A stretch of 64,000 bases of DNA from an uncultured Bacillales bacterium (GTDB lineage Bacteria; Bacillota_I; Bacilli_A; RFN20; CAG-826). Of the stretch, positions 8,456 through 18,191 are shown piece after piece. Location: the NCBI GenBank assembly GCA_947302535.1, contig CAMYVX010000001.1:64705-128704 (forward strand). Direction: 5' to 3'. The translations under genes and the position numbers were made by a program. How positions within the stretch are numbered: position 1 is the first letter of the stretch; each line of letters starts with the position of its first letter. Under the pieces are notes generated by a model. It saw only the letters and a program-made list of their open reading frames with translations. It made no database searches and was not told the DNA's origin.

Positions 8456-11400
8456 ATGAGCGAAGCGACCCAAAACGCACTTAAAGGTTATGGCTTCCAA
8501 ATGGAAGTTGCTATCTTATTTTGTTTTTTAATGGAGTTTTATCCAAATTCGTTTGATTATCTAAAATGCGAAATTGGAGATGAAGTGGAACATAATTTTG
8601 ATGACATTATTTTAAAGTCCAAAACCAAATCATATTTTATTCAAGTGAAAAATTATTCTTCAAAAACCGAAAAAGCATTTTACGAAGATGGTTACATCAT
8701 ATATTGTGGTCAAAAAATAAAATTGTCGAAAACAGACATAAATGTTTTTGTGTGTAATTCTATCTATTGTGATAACGAAAATATAAAAAAAGACTTTTAT
8801 GGTCTGCAAGCTAGTTATATTGAAGAAGGAAATGTCTACATCATATATTTATCGCCAGACCAAATTGAATCTTTTAAGAACGATAATTGTATTAACGATT
8901 TCAGAAGAAGACAATTAGATTCATTTTTTAGCGCCAAAATATTAAACTCAGAAAGAATAAATATAACCGATTTGCCTAAATTTGAATTGTATTGCAATGA
9001 GTTGGCTGAACAAACAATTAAAGTTAGAGAGTTTATTAAAAAACCGGACGAAAATGTTTTGTTTATTGTTGCGCCACCCGGTTATGGAAAAAGCCATTTT
9101 GCAAACGAGATTGAATTGCCTAAAAAGATTATTTATAGATTTTGGATTTCACAAGCAGATAATAATTTCACAGATAGACTAAAATATAGCCACTTCCTTG
9201 AACAGCTTTCTTATTCTGTAGATAATGGTGAACATCGTAAAAAGGATTTGAGGACCATTATAGAAACACTGTCCTTTAATGGACAAACACTTATTTTGGA
9301 TGGGCTTGATCATGTGTTTACGTATAATCAGCTAGAAGTCAATAAATACATAGATTTTATTAATGAATGTTCGAAGAAAAATACAATCAATCTTATTGTT
9401 TTAACAAGGCCATTAACCAATACATTTTATAAAAAGTATAAAGTGTTGTTCTTACAGAACTGGACAAAAGATGAATGTTCTGCATACTGCAGATATTTTA
9501 AGATAAACAGAGAAGGGCAAGAGAAAATTTATAATATTTCTAATGGCTATCCAATAATCGTACATTATTTATGCGAGGAATACCTTAAGAAAAAAGGCCG
9601 CCTTTCTATTGAAGGAAAAATCGATGGGTTAGATGATTATTATGAAAAAATTCTCTCAGTTGGCGGTTTTGATTCTAATTTAAACAGACTTAGATTAATT
9701 GCATCAATCACCCCTTTTCTTCATCTGAACGACCTGGAACTTTTGTATGACGGCTTTATTGCAAATCAACTTGCATCACTGATTGGTGATTTTCCTCATT
9801 TAGTTTCATGCAGTAATAAAAGAGTTTTCTTTTATCATGAATCTATTTACCAATACATATTATCTAACACAGATATTTCTTATTTTGATGAAATACACGA
9901 GAAAATTTTTAGCTTATTGCTTTCCGGCGATGTTACATTCATGTCGAGAATTTCTTTGTCTCTTTTCAGCAAAGGACAAGTGAAGAAACTGATTAAAAAA
10001 TATTCTAATTTAGATTTCTTCAAAAGTTTATTTGATAAAACGTTTGATTTTGAATCGATAAAAGTTTTTTATAGAAAAATAATGGATGAACTGAGCACTT
10101 TCAAAAGTGCCCCGATTGATATTTTTTGTATATATAATTTGGTATTAATACTTCTTCTTTTGAGTAGGAATTGCTATGAAGATAACAAAAATTTGGTTTT
10201 CCAATTATTTACACAATTAGAGAACAACAATAACAAATGGGAAAATTATGTGTTTAGTAGTGGGGCATTATTTAATGTTTTTTCAGAGATTAAATCTATA
10301 CCATTTTTAGAAAGAGACCCAACTGATATCTTTATTTTGAATGACGGAGATTTGCCTATTGAGGAAATGATTGAACAGGAGAACAAATATTTTAATGTTC
10401 TTAATTTTGATTATAGAAAACCAACATCTAATTATCTTGAACTGAATAAAACATATCCAGATTCAAATGTTTTGGCTGAATACTTTGTTTCTGGATACAT
10501 CCATGAGACAGATTCTATTTGCAAAACAATCATAAACGAGTACGAAAATGGATATAGCAACTATTATATTGCTCATAAAGTGTTAAATTCACTTAGCTTT
10601 ATAGATTATAAAACAGATACATTTCCTATTACTTTTGCATTAAGCAAGGCTCTTGATAGATTAAGATGTTTGGGAATTAAGCAAGGCATCGCTGAATATG
10701 ACACAATTTCTAGTTTTCTTCTGTCGCATAAAGATTTGAATACATTCGACATGTATAATGATTTGAATGGTTATATTAGATATTCAAACAAGATTGGTAG
10801 AAAACTTAATTTATGTGAAATAGCCCCTTATTTGTTGATGATGGATGCACACAAAGATCAAACTATCAGTTATGTTCCTGAAACTATGGCATTATATGTT
10901 AAGCATGGCGTTTTTACTATTGATGAATGTCGTCGATATCTTTCTAAAATATATTCTCTAATCGATAGTGGGAATAAATCGGCAGCTACAAATTTTATAA
11001 ATGAGTTAGGGCAAGAATATGTTGATGAGCTCATGTCTAATGGTTTTTTTGATACAGATTCGTTTTATATTTTTTACTCTAGTCTTAGCAAAAATATCCT
11101 TAACAAATTGCCATTTAATTATGTTTTGAATTACGCAATGGACTATTATTTGCGCTATCCTCAATCAAGAACTTATGTCACTAATGAAGAATTAGGAAAT
11201 ATCCTTAAATGTAAGCACATGAAAAAAATTAGACAGATGTTTTATGCGGATGGTATTGAAATAAAGTACACTTCATATGCAAAATCACAAAAGCGCGATT
11301 TTACAAAAAAACAGCTTGAAAAAGATTGGTATTTTAGAGATGGTTGTCTTGAACTATACAAAAAATATGATTTCTCTATAGAACAAATGGCTAGGTTATA

Positions 11401-11656
11401 CGATGGATGGGGTTTTAAATTATTTGATCCAAGTATCTTTTCTATCTTTGATGATGATATCGTGCGCTCTAATATAGAAAGAATTATTTTTATCGGCTTT
11501 ACCGAGAAAAAGGATATTTTCTATAAATATTTCCAATATAATGCAACACTTATCTACACGATTCCGATGTTTTATCATTTATATTGCAAAGATTTTAACT
11601 ATAAAAAAGCAGGTAAAATTTTTAAAAATTTCTTAGACATTATTCTTAGAATTTAA
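8456..11656 (+). CDS. STAND/NACHT-type P-loop NTPase (antiviral-STAND / bNACHT-like) with an N-terminal PD-(D/E)xK-like (DUF4297-like) nuclease domain
   Basis: Walker A FIVAPPGYGKSHF. NACHT-style Walker B LILDGLDHV. The N-terminal ~150 aa contains GYGFQMEVAI...FDDIIL...IQVK, consistent with a restriction-endonuclease-like fold. The C-terminal ~600 aa is a long helical region. Confidence 0.65.
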   Translation: MSEATQNALKGYGFQMEVAILFCFLMEFYPNSFDYLKCEIGDEVEHNFDDIILKSKTKSYFIQVKNYSSKTEKAFYEDGYIIYCGQKIKLSKTDINVFVCNSIYCDNENIKKDFYGLQASYIEEGNVYIIYLSPDQIESFKNDNCINDFRRRQLDSFFSAKILNSERINITDLPKFELYCNELAEQTIKVREFIKKPDENVLFIVAPPGYGKSHFANEIELPKKIIYRFWISQADNNFTDRLKYSHFLEQLSYSVDNGEHRKKDLRTIIETLSFNGQTLILDGLDHVFTYNQLEVNKYIDFINECSKKNTINLIVLTRPLTNTFYKKYKVLFLQNWTKDECSAYCRYFKINREGQEKIYNISNGYPIIVHYLCEEYLKKKGRLSIEGKIDGLDDYYEKILSVGGFDSNLNRLRLIASITPFLHLNDLELLYDGFIANQLASLIGDFPHLVSCSNKRVFFYHESIYQYILSNTDISYFDEIHEKIFSLLLSGDVTFMSRISLSLFSKGQVKKLIKKYSNLDFFKSLFDKTFDFESIKVFYRKIMDELSTFKSAPIDIFCIYNLVLILLLLSRNCYEDNKNLVFQLFTQLENNNNKWENYVFSSGALFNVFSEIKSIPFLERDPTDIFILNDGDLPIEEMIEQENKYFNVLNFDYRKPTSNYLELNKTYPDSNVLAEYFVSGYIHETDSICKTIINEYENGYSNYYIAHKVLNSLSFIDYKTDTFPITFALSKALDRLRCLGIKQGIAEYDTISSFLLSHKDLNTFDMYNDLNGYIRYSNKIGRKLNLCEIAPYLLMMDAHKDQTISYVPETMALYVKHGVFTIDECRRYLSKIYSLIDSGNKSAATNFINELGQEYVDELMSNGFFDTDSFYIFYSSLSKNILNKLPFNYVLNYAMDYYLRYPQSRTYVTNEELGNILKCKHMKKIRQMFYADGIEIKYTSYAKSQKRDFTKKQLEKDWYFRDGCLELYKKYDFSIEQMARLYDGWGFKLFDPSIFSIFDDDIVRSNIERIIFIGFTEKKDIFYKYFQYNATLIYTIPMFYHLYCKDFNYKKAGKIFKNFLDIILRI

Positions 11657-11888
11657 TTGCATTAATACAGTCGAAAACTTTTTTTGAGACAAAATCTTTG
11701 TATTTATTCAGTCGGTGAAAGACAAAAATGAAAAGATTAGTTTCTAATATCAATGCATATAATCAAAAGCCACACCCTTTTCTTAATTCAACTGTAACAG
11801 TATGACGTTTGACATACTAAAACCACAAATTGAAACTTAGTGTGACAAAAAAGTTGATTTTGGCACATCAATAAATTATCATTTAAGC

Positions 11889-13079
11889 ATGAAATACGAT
11901 TCTGTTGAAAAGCAATTTCATAAATTAACAAAAGAACAATTTGATGAATGGTTTGATAAAAGGTTTAATTCAAACACCACATATCATTTTGATATTGAAA
12001 TTGGCAAATCACCTGCTTTCTTTTGTTTTGATATCCCTTTATTCAATAAAATTCTTGAGATTCAGCAAAAGAATGACCAATTAAATAATTTATTTAATAA
12101 TTTGCCTCTTATTGCAAGCCAACAATATATTAGAAATTCTCTTGTTGTTGATGTTAAAAAAACAAACGAAATAGAAGGAGTGTTTTCTTCTAGAAAAGAG
12201 ATCTTTGAGTTAACTGAAGATCTTAAAAAAAGGAAATCAAATAAGATAGGATCTATTGTTAACAAATATCTATTACTGCTCAACGGAAAAAGCGAAAAGA
12301 AAATTTCCAGTTGTGAAGATATCAGAAAGATTTATAACGAATTATTTATATATGGTGATGAATCTTTGATTGACCCAGATAAATGGCCTGATGGCAAGCT
12401 GTTTAGAAAGGATTATGTTGGAGTTTATGATGCCGGCAATGATGAACCTATCCATAATGGCATAGTGCCTGAAGAAAAAATAATTAAGTATTTAGATGTT
12501 GCGGTTTCAATTTTGAATAACCAAGACATCAATGCATTTGTCCGTATATCTTTGTTTCATTATATTTTTGAATACGCCCATCCATTTTATGATGGTAACG
12601 GAAGAATAGGTAGATATTTAGTATCGATGTTTGTTAAAAACAAAATAAGTAGTATCTTTGCTTTTAGAATTTCATCAGGAATCAATAACTATAAGAACAA
12701 GTATTATAAAGCATTCAAAGACACAGAGGGTGTTTTGAATAAAGGCGACTTAACTCTATTTGTTTATGAATTCCTGGATATCTTGGATAAAACCTATGAT
12801 GATTGTATTGATTACGCAAAATCTAAAAAGAAAGAGCTTGAGGACAAATATAATGACCTTAAAGCTAAAATGCCTAGATTAAGTAAAAACGAAGACAATG
12901 TTTTGTATGTGTTAACGCAGGCTACTATTTTTTCCGATTTTGGTATAACCATTCAAGAGATACAATCAACATTAAAAATCAGTGTGAGAACTATTAGACG
13001 TTGTATTAATACGTTTAAAGAAAAGTCCATTTTAACTGAAAAAAGGCTTTCTAAAAAAATGCTGTATTCCTTGGTTTAG
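11889..13079 (+). CDS. Fic/Doc-family protein (AMPylation-type Fic domain)
   Basis: Canonical Fic motif HPFYDGNGRIGR. The C-terminal region is wHTH-like. Confidence 0.8.
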   Translation: MKYDSVEKQFHKLTKEQFDEWFDKRFNSNTTYHFDIEIGKSPAFFCFDIPLFNKILEIQQKNDQLNNLFNNLPLIASQQYIRNSLVVDVKKTNEIEGVFSSRKEIFELTEDLKKRKSNKIGSIVNKYLLLLNGKSEKKISSCEDIRKIYNELFIYGDESLIDPDKWPDGKLFRKDYVGVYDAGNDEPIHNGIVPEEKIIKYLDVAVSILNNQDINAFVRISLFHYIFEYAHPFYDGNGRIGRYLVSMFVKNKISSIFAFRISSGINNYKNKYYKAFKDTEGVLNKGDLTLFVYEFLDILDKTYDDCIDYAKSKKKELEDKYNDLKAKMPRLSKNEDNVLYVLTQATIFSDFGITIQEIQSTLKISVRTIRRCINTFKEKSILTEKRLSKKMLYSLV

Positions 13080-13122
13080 AGTGTTTTATTTGAGGATATT
13101 ATTCGGTTGCATTAAATACCAA

Positions 13123-13911
13123 TTAATACACATATTCAAATGAAGCATATGGATGTTCTATATCCATCAATACTTTATTTTTCTTTTTAAGTGTATATCT
13201 TATCTTCACACATGGACACTCATGTATAAATCTAGTCATATTACCTTTAGTGGGTGCTTTTAGAGCATGACCGTTAAAGTCATCTATATTTATATCTAAT
13301 ATGTATTTACCTTTTTTGATAATAATATGATTTTGACTTATAAGTTTTGCTTTAGCAAAGTTATAAGTACCAAATCTATATTCTTTATTATTATGTTCAA
13401 TTAGACAGGTTACCCCTGTTATCTTAAATAATGCTAATGGTATCGTGGCTACCGCTAGTGTGATACTAGCTTCTTTATTAATAGCATTTAGCCATAGATA
13501 ATTCTTAGGAAAGTTTCTCCCTTTATCACCTTCTATGTATCCATTACCATTAGCGAAGTCTATTTCATTACCATTAATAGTGATACTTCCACTTAACTCA
13601 TGATACATAGAATATATTTGATGCTTACATTCAATAGGTAGGTACCTATAGTAAGACATAATATCTTTCCTATTCTTTAATAGTGGCCCATATTTAATCT
13701 CACCAGTAATTATCAAATCATCTTGATGAACATTAAAAGATATACCTTTAAAAGATATTTCTATTTGTGATAAATCTTTTAATAAATACGATCCATCATT
13801 GGCGATGATTTGTATCATCTTGCCTTCATTACTAATAGAATCAATTATTGCGACCATATCACCATTAATTGATTGATGCTTATAGTAAATACCAAAGAAT
13901 TTGTTTTTCAT
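13123..13911 (-). CDS. hypothetical protein (about 262 aa from the internal Met; ORF extends to 13989)
   Basis: Long ORF with coding-like composition. The motif YIEGDKGRNFPKNYLWLNA weakly resembles tocopherol-cyclase/CrtC-like proteins. I could not reach a confident family assignment. Confidence 0.45.
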   Translation of the reverse strand: MKNKFFGIYYKHQSINGDMVAIIDSISNEGKMIQIIANDGSYLLKDLSQIEISFKGISFNVHQDDLIITGEIKYGPLLKNRKDIMSYYRYLPIECKHQIYSMYHELSGSITINGNEIDFANGNGYIEGDKGRNFPKNYLWLNAINKEASITLAVATIPLALFKITGVTCLIEHNNKEYRFGTYNFAKAKLISQNHIIIKKGKYILDINIDDFNGHALKAPTKGNMTRFIHECPCVKIRYTLKKKNKVLMDIEHPYASFEYVY

Positions 13912-14048
13912 AATAATCAGTTTAAATGATTTGAAAACATCAATAAAGAAGAAACACGAATAATCTAATGGTGAACGATTGAAACACAAGATATTTGCTA
14001 TTATTTTTTTGTTCGTATATAATACGATAGCAAAAAGAGAGTATTATT

Positions 14049-15257
14049 ATGGTTATTTCAGTAGCAGGTACAGGATATGTTGGATTAAGTAACGCGATTA
14101 TATTAGCCCAACACAATAAAGTTTATGCCGTAGATGTAGTTCCATCTAAGATTGATTTAATTAACAACAAAAAGTCTCCAATCATCGATAAAGAAATTGA
14201 AGAATATTTGGCAACTAAAAAGTTAGACCTTACTGCTACATTAGATGGTGATAAAGCCTATAAAGATAGCGAACTAATCATCATTGCCACTCCTACAAAC
14301 TATGATAGCGCTACTAACAAATTTGACACATCCTCTGTTGAATCAGTTATTGAACAAGTGAAAAGAGTTAATCCTAATGCTTGGATTATTGTTAAATCAA
14401 CAGTGGGTGTTGGTTTTACCAAATATGCTAGAGAAAAACATAATTATGATAAAATCCTTTTCTCTCCTGAATTCTTGAGAGAAGGGAAAGCATTATATGA
14501 TAATCTTTACCCATCAAGAATAGTGGTGGGTGTTCCTGAAAAGAAAGAACCATATTTATCTAAAGCCAAAGAATTCGCAACTTTGTTACAACAAGGTGCG
14601 ATTAAAGAAAATATAGAAACCCATATCTTAGGATGTACAGAAGCAGAAGCTGTTAAGTTATTCGCTAATACATATCTTGCCTTAAGAGTGGCTTATTTCA
14701 ATGAATTAGATACATTTGCTCAATTAAAGGGTTTAGATACTTTGGATATCATTAAAGGTGTATCTGCCGATCCACGTATTGGAGACTTCTATAACAATCC
14801 ATCCTTTGGTTATGGTGGATATTGTTTACCTAAAGACACCAAAGAGTTAAAAGCTAACTTCGAAGATGTTCCAGAGAACTTAATATCCGCGATTGTGGAA
14901 TCTAATAGAACAAGAAAAGACTTTATTGCTGATAGAGTACTTCAACTTGCTGGATATAAGAACGATGGTAAAGATAATGTTACTGTTGGTATCTATAGAT
15001 TAACCATGAAATCCGGTAGTGATAACTTTAGACAATCGTCTATCCAAGGCGTTATGAAGAGATTACAAGCTAAAGGTGTAAAGATTGTTATCTATGAACC
15101 AACACTTAAAGATGAAGAATTCTTTAACTCTAAAGTTATTAAAGACTTTAATGAATTTAAGAAAGTATCTAAAGTCATTATTGCTAATAGATACGATGCA
15201 TCTTTGGATGATGTTAAAGATAAAGTCTATACAAGAGATTTATTAAGAAGAGATTAA
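14049..15257 (+). CDS. ugd: UDP-glucose 6-dehydrogenase
   Basis: N-terminal Rossmann motif [12 protein letters not shown]. Catalytic Cys motif GGYCLPKD. Lies adjacent to a UDP-glucuronate epimerase. Confidence 0.9.
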   Translation: MVISVAGTGYVGLSNAIILAQHNKVYAVDVVPSKIDLINNKKSPIIDKEIEEYLATKKLDLTATLDGDKAYKDSELIIIATPTNYDSATNKFDTSSVESVIEQVKRVNPNAWIIVKSTVGVGFTKYAREKHNYDKILFSPEFLREGKALYDNLYPSRIVVGVPEKKEPYLSKAKEFATLLQQGAIKENIETHILGCTEAEAVKLFANTYLALRVAYFNELDTFAQLKGLDTLDIIKGVSADPRIGDFYNNPSFGYGGYCLPKDTKELKANFEDVPENLISAIVESNRTRKDFIADRVLQLAGYKNDGKDNVTVGIYRLTMKSGSDNFRQSSIQGVMKRLQAKGVKIVIYEPTLKDEEFFNSKVIKDFNEFKKVSKVIIANRYDASLDDVKDKVYTRDLLRRD

Positions 15258-15259
15258 TT

Positions 15260-16279
15260 ATGAAGATATTGGTTACAGGCGCTGCTGGCTTTATAGGTTC
15301 TTTTCTTTGCAAAAGACTTTTAAGTAGCACTCAAGATGAAATTATAGGTATAGATAATGTTAATGATTATTACGCTGTTTCTTTAAAAGAAGCACGCTTA
15401 GAAATGCTTAAACCATTTAATAAGTTTAAGTTCATCAAAGGCGATATTTCAGATAAGCCATTCATTGATAAAATGTTTGATGAATATAGATTTGATATAG
15501 TGGTTAATTTGGCTGCTCAAGCAGGTGTTAGATATTCAATTGATCATCCAGATGTCTATATCCAATCTAATATTATTGGCTTCTATAACATCTTAGAAGC
15601 CTGTAGATACCATCCTGTTAAGCATCTGGTTTATGCTTCAAGTTCATCTGTTTATGGTGGTAACACCAAAGTTCCATTTAGCACCGATGATAAAGTAGAT
15701 AATCCAGTGAGTTTATATGCTGCGACAAAGAAATCTAATGAATTATTAGCCCACGCTTATAGTAAACTATACAATATTCCTTCAACAGGATTGCGTTTCT
15801 TTACTGTTTATGGACCAATGGGTAGACCCGATATGGCCTACTTTAGCTTTACTAATAAACTCATTAAAGGTGAAACTATTGAGATATTTAACTACGGTAA
15901 TTGTAAAAGAGACTTTACCTATGTAGATGATATAGTTGAGGGCATTATTAAAGTTATGAATAAAGCCCCAACTAAAAAAGATGGAGAGGATGGATTACCA
16001 ATCCCTCCATATAAGGTTTATAACATAGGTAATAACAACCCTGAAAATCTTTTAGATTTTGTACAAATATTATCTGAAGAACTCGTAAGAGCGGGTGTGC
16101 TTCCAAAAGACTATGATTTTGAGGCGCATAAAAAGTTAGTACCAATGCAAAAAGGCGATGTACCTATTACATATGCCGATACAAGTGATTTAGAAAGGGA
16201 TTTTGGCTATAAACCATCTACAAGTCTTAGAGATGGATTAAGACGATTTGCTCAGTGGTATAAACAATACTACAAATGA
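15260..16279 (+). CDS. NAD-dependent epimerase, probable UDP-glucuronate 4-epimerase
   Basis: KILVTGAAGFIGS. The SDR Ser motif YASSSSVYG and the YxxxK motif YAATKKSNE. Positioned immediately after ugd. Confidence 0.8.
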   Translation: MKILVTGAAGFIGSFLCKRLLSSTQDEIIGIDNVNDYYAVSLKEARLEMLKPFNKFKFIKGDISDKPFIDKMFDEYRFDIVVNLAAQAGVRYSIDHPDVYIQSNIIGFYNILEACRYHPVKHLVYASSSSVYGGNTKVPFSTDDKVDNPVSLYAATKKSNELLAHAYSKLYNIPSTGLRFFTVYGPMGRPDMAYFSFTNKLIKGETIEIFNYGNCKRDFTYVDDIVEGIIKVMNKAPTKKDGEDGLPIPPYKVYNIGNNNPENLLDFVQILSEELVRAGVLPKDYDFEAHKKLVPMQKGDVPITYADTSDLERDFGYKPSTSLRDGLRRFAQWYKQYYK

Positions 16280-16283
16280 AAAT

Positions 16284-16306
16284 GACGGCTGGTTGCCGTC
16301 TTTTCT
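16284..16306. terminator. bidirectional rho-independent terminator between convergent genes
   Basis: GACGGC-TGGTT-GCCGTC hairpin followed by TTTTCT. Confidence 0.6.
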
Positions 16307-16330
16307 ATCTTTTCTTCTTTTTCGTTCGAA

Positions 16331-18166
16331 TTATATTTTTTTGACAAAAAGATAGTTGTCGATGACCAAAAAATCAAAAGTTCTTCCTGAATATCTTTTG
16401 ATACCCTTTTCTATCCTTGTTGTCTCCCATGTTTTTCCACTTTCATACCCGAAGGCTAGTTCACCCCTTTGTCCTCCAAAAATAAAATCGCCATCTATAT
16501 TTTTGAAGAATAAACACGGTTCGTTTGTCTCATAAATAGGGTAAGTTTGTTTGTAATTATCAATGCTGGAAATTTTCCCTATGTAGACACCAGTTGAATT
16601 CCTATAGATACTATTGCTATGATTAAAAATTAATTCACGATTTAATGTGTCATGATCGGATGCGAAAATAAAATAGTTTTCATTTTCCCGCTCATACAAA
16701 TACATCCCCATACCTCTTTGAATAGATTCGTTGGTGAAAGTCAATTGAGTAACAGGAAAAGGAACTGTCATATCTATGTTCGAATATGTATCTCCTTCTT
16801 TGTTGCTCATAAATAGCACCCAGCCATTAGGATATGTTTCGCCTGTTCCTATGAGCCACCCATCTCGAGCCCTATCAACAAAATGTATATGTCGACAAGG
16901 AAGCGAGTTGGAAACATTCGATACATTTTCGTAAAGATAGAATTCAGTTTGACTCTTGATAACAACTTTATAGAAAATTGAATTTCCTGGGTTATTATCA
17001 TTGACATCGTTGTTTAAAAGATATGAAGCTATTTTGTTATTTGTTGTTCCGGATAGAAAAATGATGTTACCATTTTTTAAGTTGTGAGGTTCTTCTGTGG
17101 TAACAAGAGCTGGACAGCCGTTATTAATGTTGAGGACCTTGATTTTTGGTCCGAGTGAAAGATAGCTATCTTTCTGATTAAGTATCAACGAGCGTTTTTG
17201 TACGTACAAATCCTTTTCATTATCTAACTTTAAACCATCACAATTGATTGGGTTACCATGATTTAAACCCCAAACATTTTCATCACCTTGTTTAAAATCA
17301 TAGTCTCCGTAATCAGAAAACTCATACTTAGCAAACCAGTTTCTGCCTCCATCAGATGTTGCCACGATAACAATCCTAGCGCATCGATCTGTGTTGGAGC
17401 GATAAGTCCCAATCACTGTAATTTTTGTATCAATCTCTATTCCGTCCAAATAGAAAAACGGATTTGATGCGCTTTCTCTTTTTGGGAAATAGAATCTCGA
17501 TAAGATATCTCCATTGGTAGAGACAAGATATTTTTTAAAGCCAACATTTCCATACTTTGATTTAGTTGTTCCATTCACTCTCGGATGGTATAGATATACA
17601 TCATCTTTGAAACCAGGAAAGAAATACTCGTTTTCATCTACATTTTCGTTATTTGTTGGATATTTTCTTCCTGGAATATCCCAGACGGCGCTTTCTTCAA
17701 AGTGAATGATATCATGGAATTCGCTAACTCCTTCAAGGTTTTCTTCGGATGATCTACTTGGGAAATTATGAAAAATCTGGCATTTATTGGTTATAATAAC
17801 CAATCTCCAGGAATCAACTATATTCTTTGAGGAACATTTTCTACAATATGGTAAAAGCAAACACTTATCTATAGTGCTGCCATCAATTAAATCTGGAAAT
17901 GTCTTTTTGTTTAATTTAATTTTATAATGAAAATGAGGATTTCTATAATTCGGGCATAGAATAATAGTGGTTTTATTACTCTCAAGGCATATAACATCGT
18001 TATATGCGGCAACTATTTTTCCATTTCCACCAATGTGTTTATAAATATCGTATTTCTTAGTCGAAGTAAATAGCCGATATTTTAAATACTTTCTCTTTCT
18101 TTTGAATTCATTTCCAATTCGCTTATAGAAATAATTTTCTAATTTGCTCAACTTTTGTTTGTTCAT
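16331..18166 (-). CDS. hypothetical protein with BNR/Asp-box (sialidase-like beta-propeller) repeats
   Basis: Asp-box-like motifs ATSDGGRNWF and ESGKTWETT. I chose the start at internal Met MNKQKLSKL (18166) so the gene does not overlap the + strand gene. The ORF extends to 18271. Confidence 0.5.
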   Translation of the reverse strand: MNKQKLSKLENYFYKRIGNEFKRKRKYLKYRLFTSTKKYDIYKHIGGNGKIVAAYNDVICLESNKTTIILCPNYRNPHFHYKIKLNKKTFPDLIDGSTIDKCLLLPYCRKCSSKNIVDSWRLVIITNKCQIFHNFPSRSSEENLEGVSEFHDIIHFEESAVWDIPGRKYPTNNENVDENEYFFPGFKDDVYLYHPRVNGTTKSKYGNVGFKKYLVSTNGDILSRFYFPKRESASNPFFYLDGIEIDTKITVIGTYRSNTDRCARIVIVATSDGGRNWFAKYEFSDYGDYDFKQGDENVWGLNHGNPINCDGLKLDNEKDLYVQKRSLILNQKDSYLSLGPKIKVLNINNGCPALVTTEEPHNLKNGNIIFLSGTTNNKIASYLLNNDVNDNNPGNSIFYKVVIKSQTEFYLYENVSNVSNSLPCRHIHFVDRARDGWLIGTGETYPNGWVLFMSNKEGDTYSNIDMTVPFPVTQLTFTNESIQRGMGMYLYERENENYFIFASDHDTLNRELIFNHSNSIYRNSTGVYIGKISSIDNYKQTYPIYETNEPCLFFKNIDGDFIFGGQRGELAFGYESGKTWETTRIEKGIKRYSGRTFDFLVIDNYLFVKKI

Positions 18167-18191
18167 ACTATCTATTATATTATAATATAAG

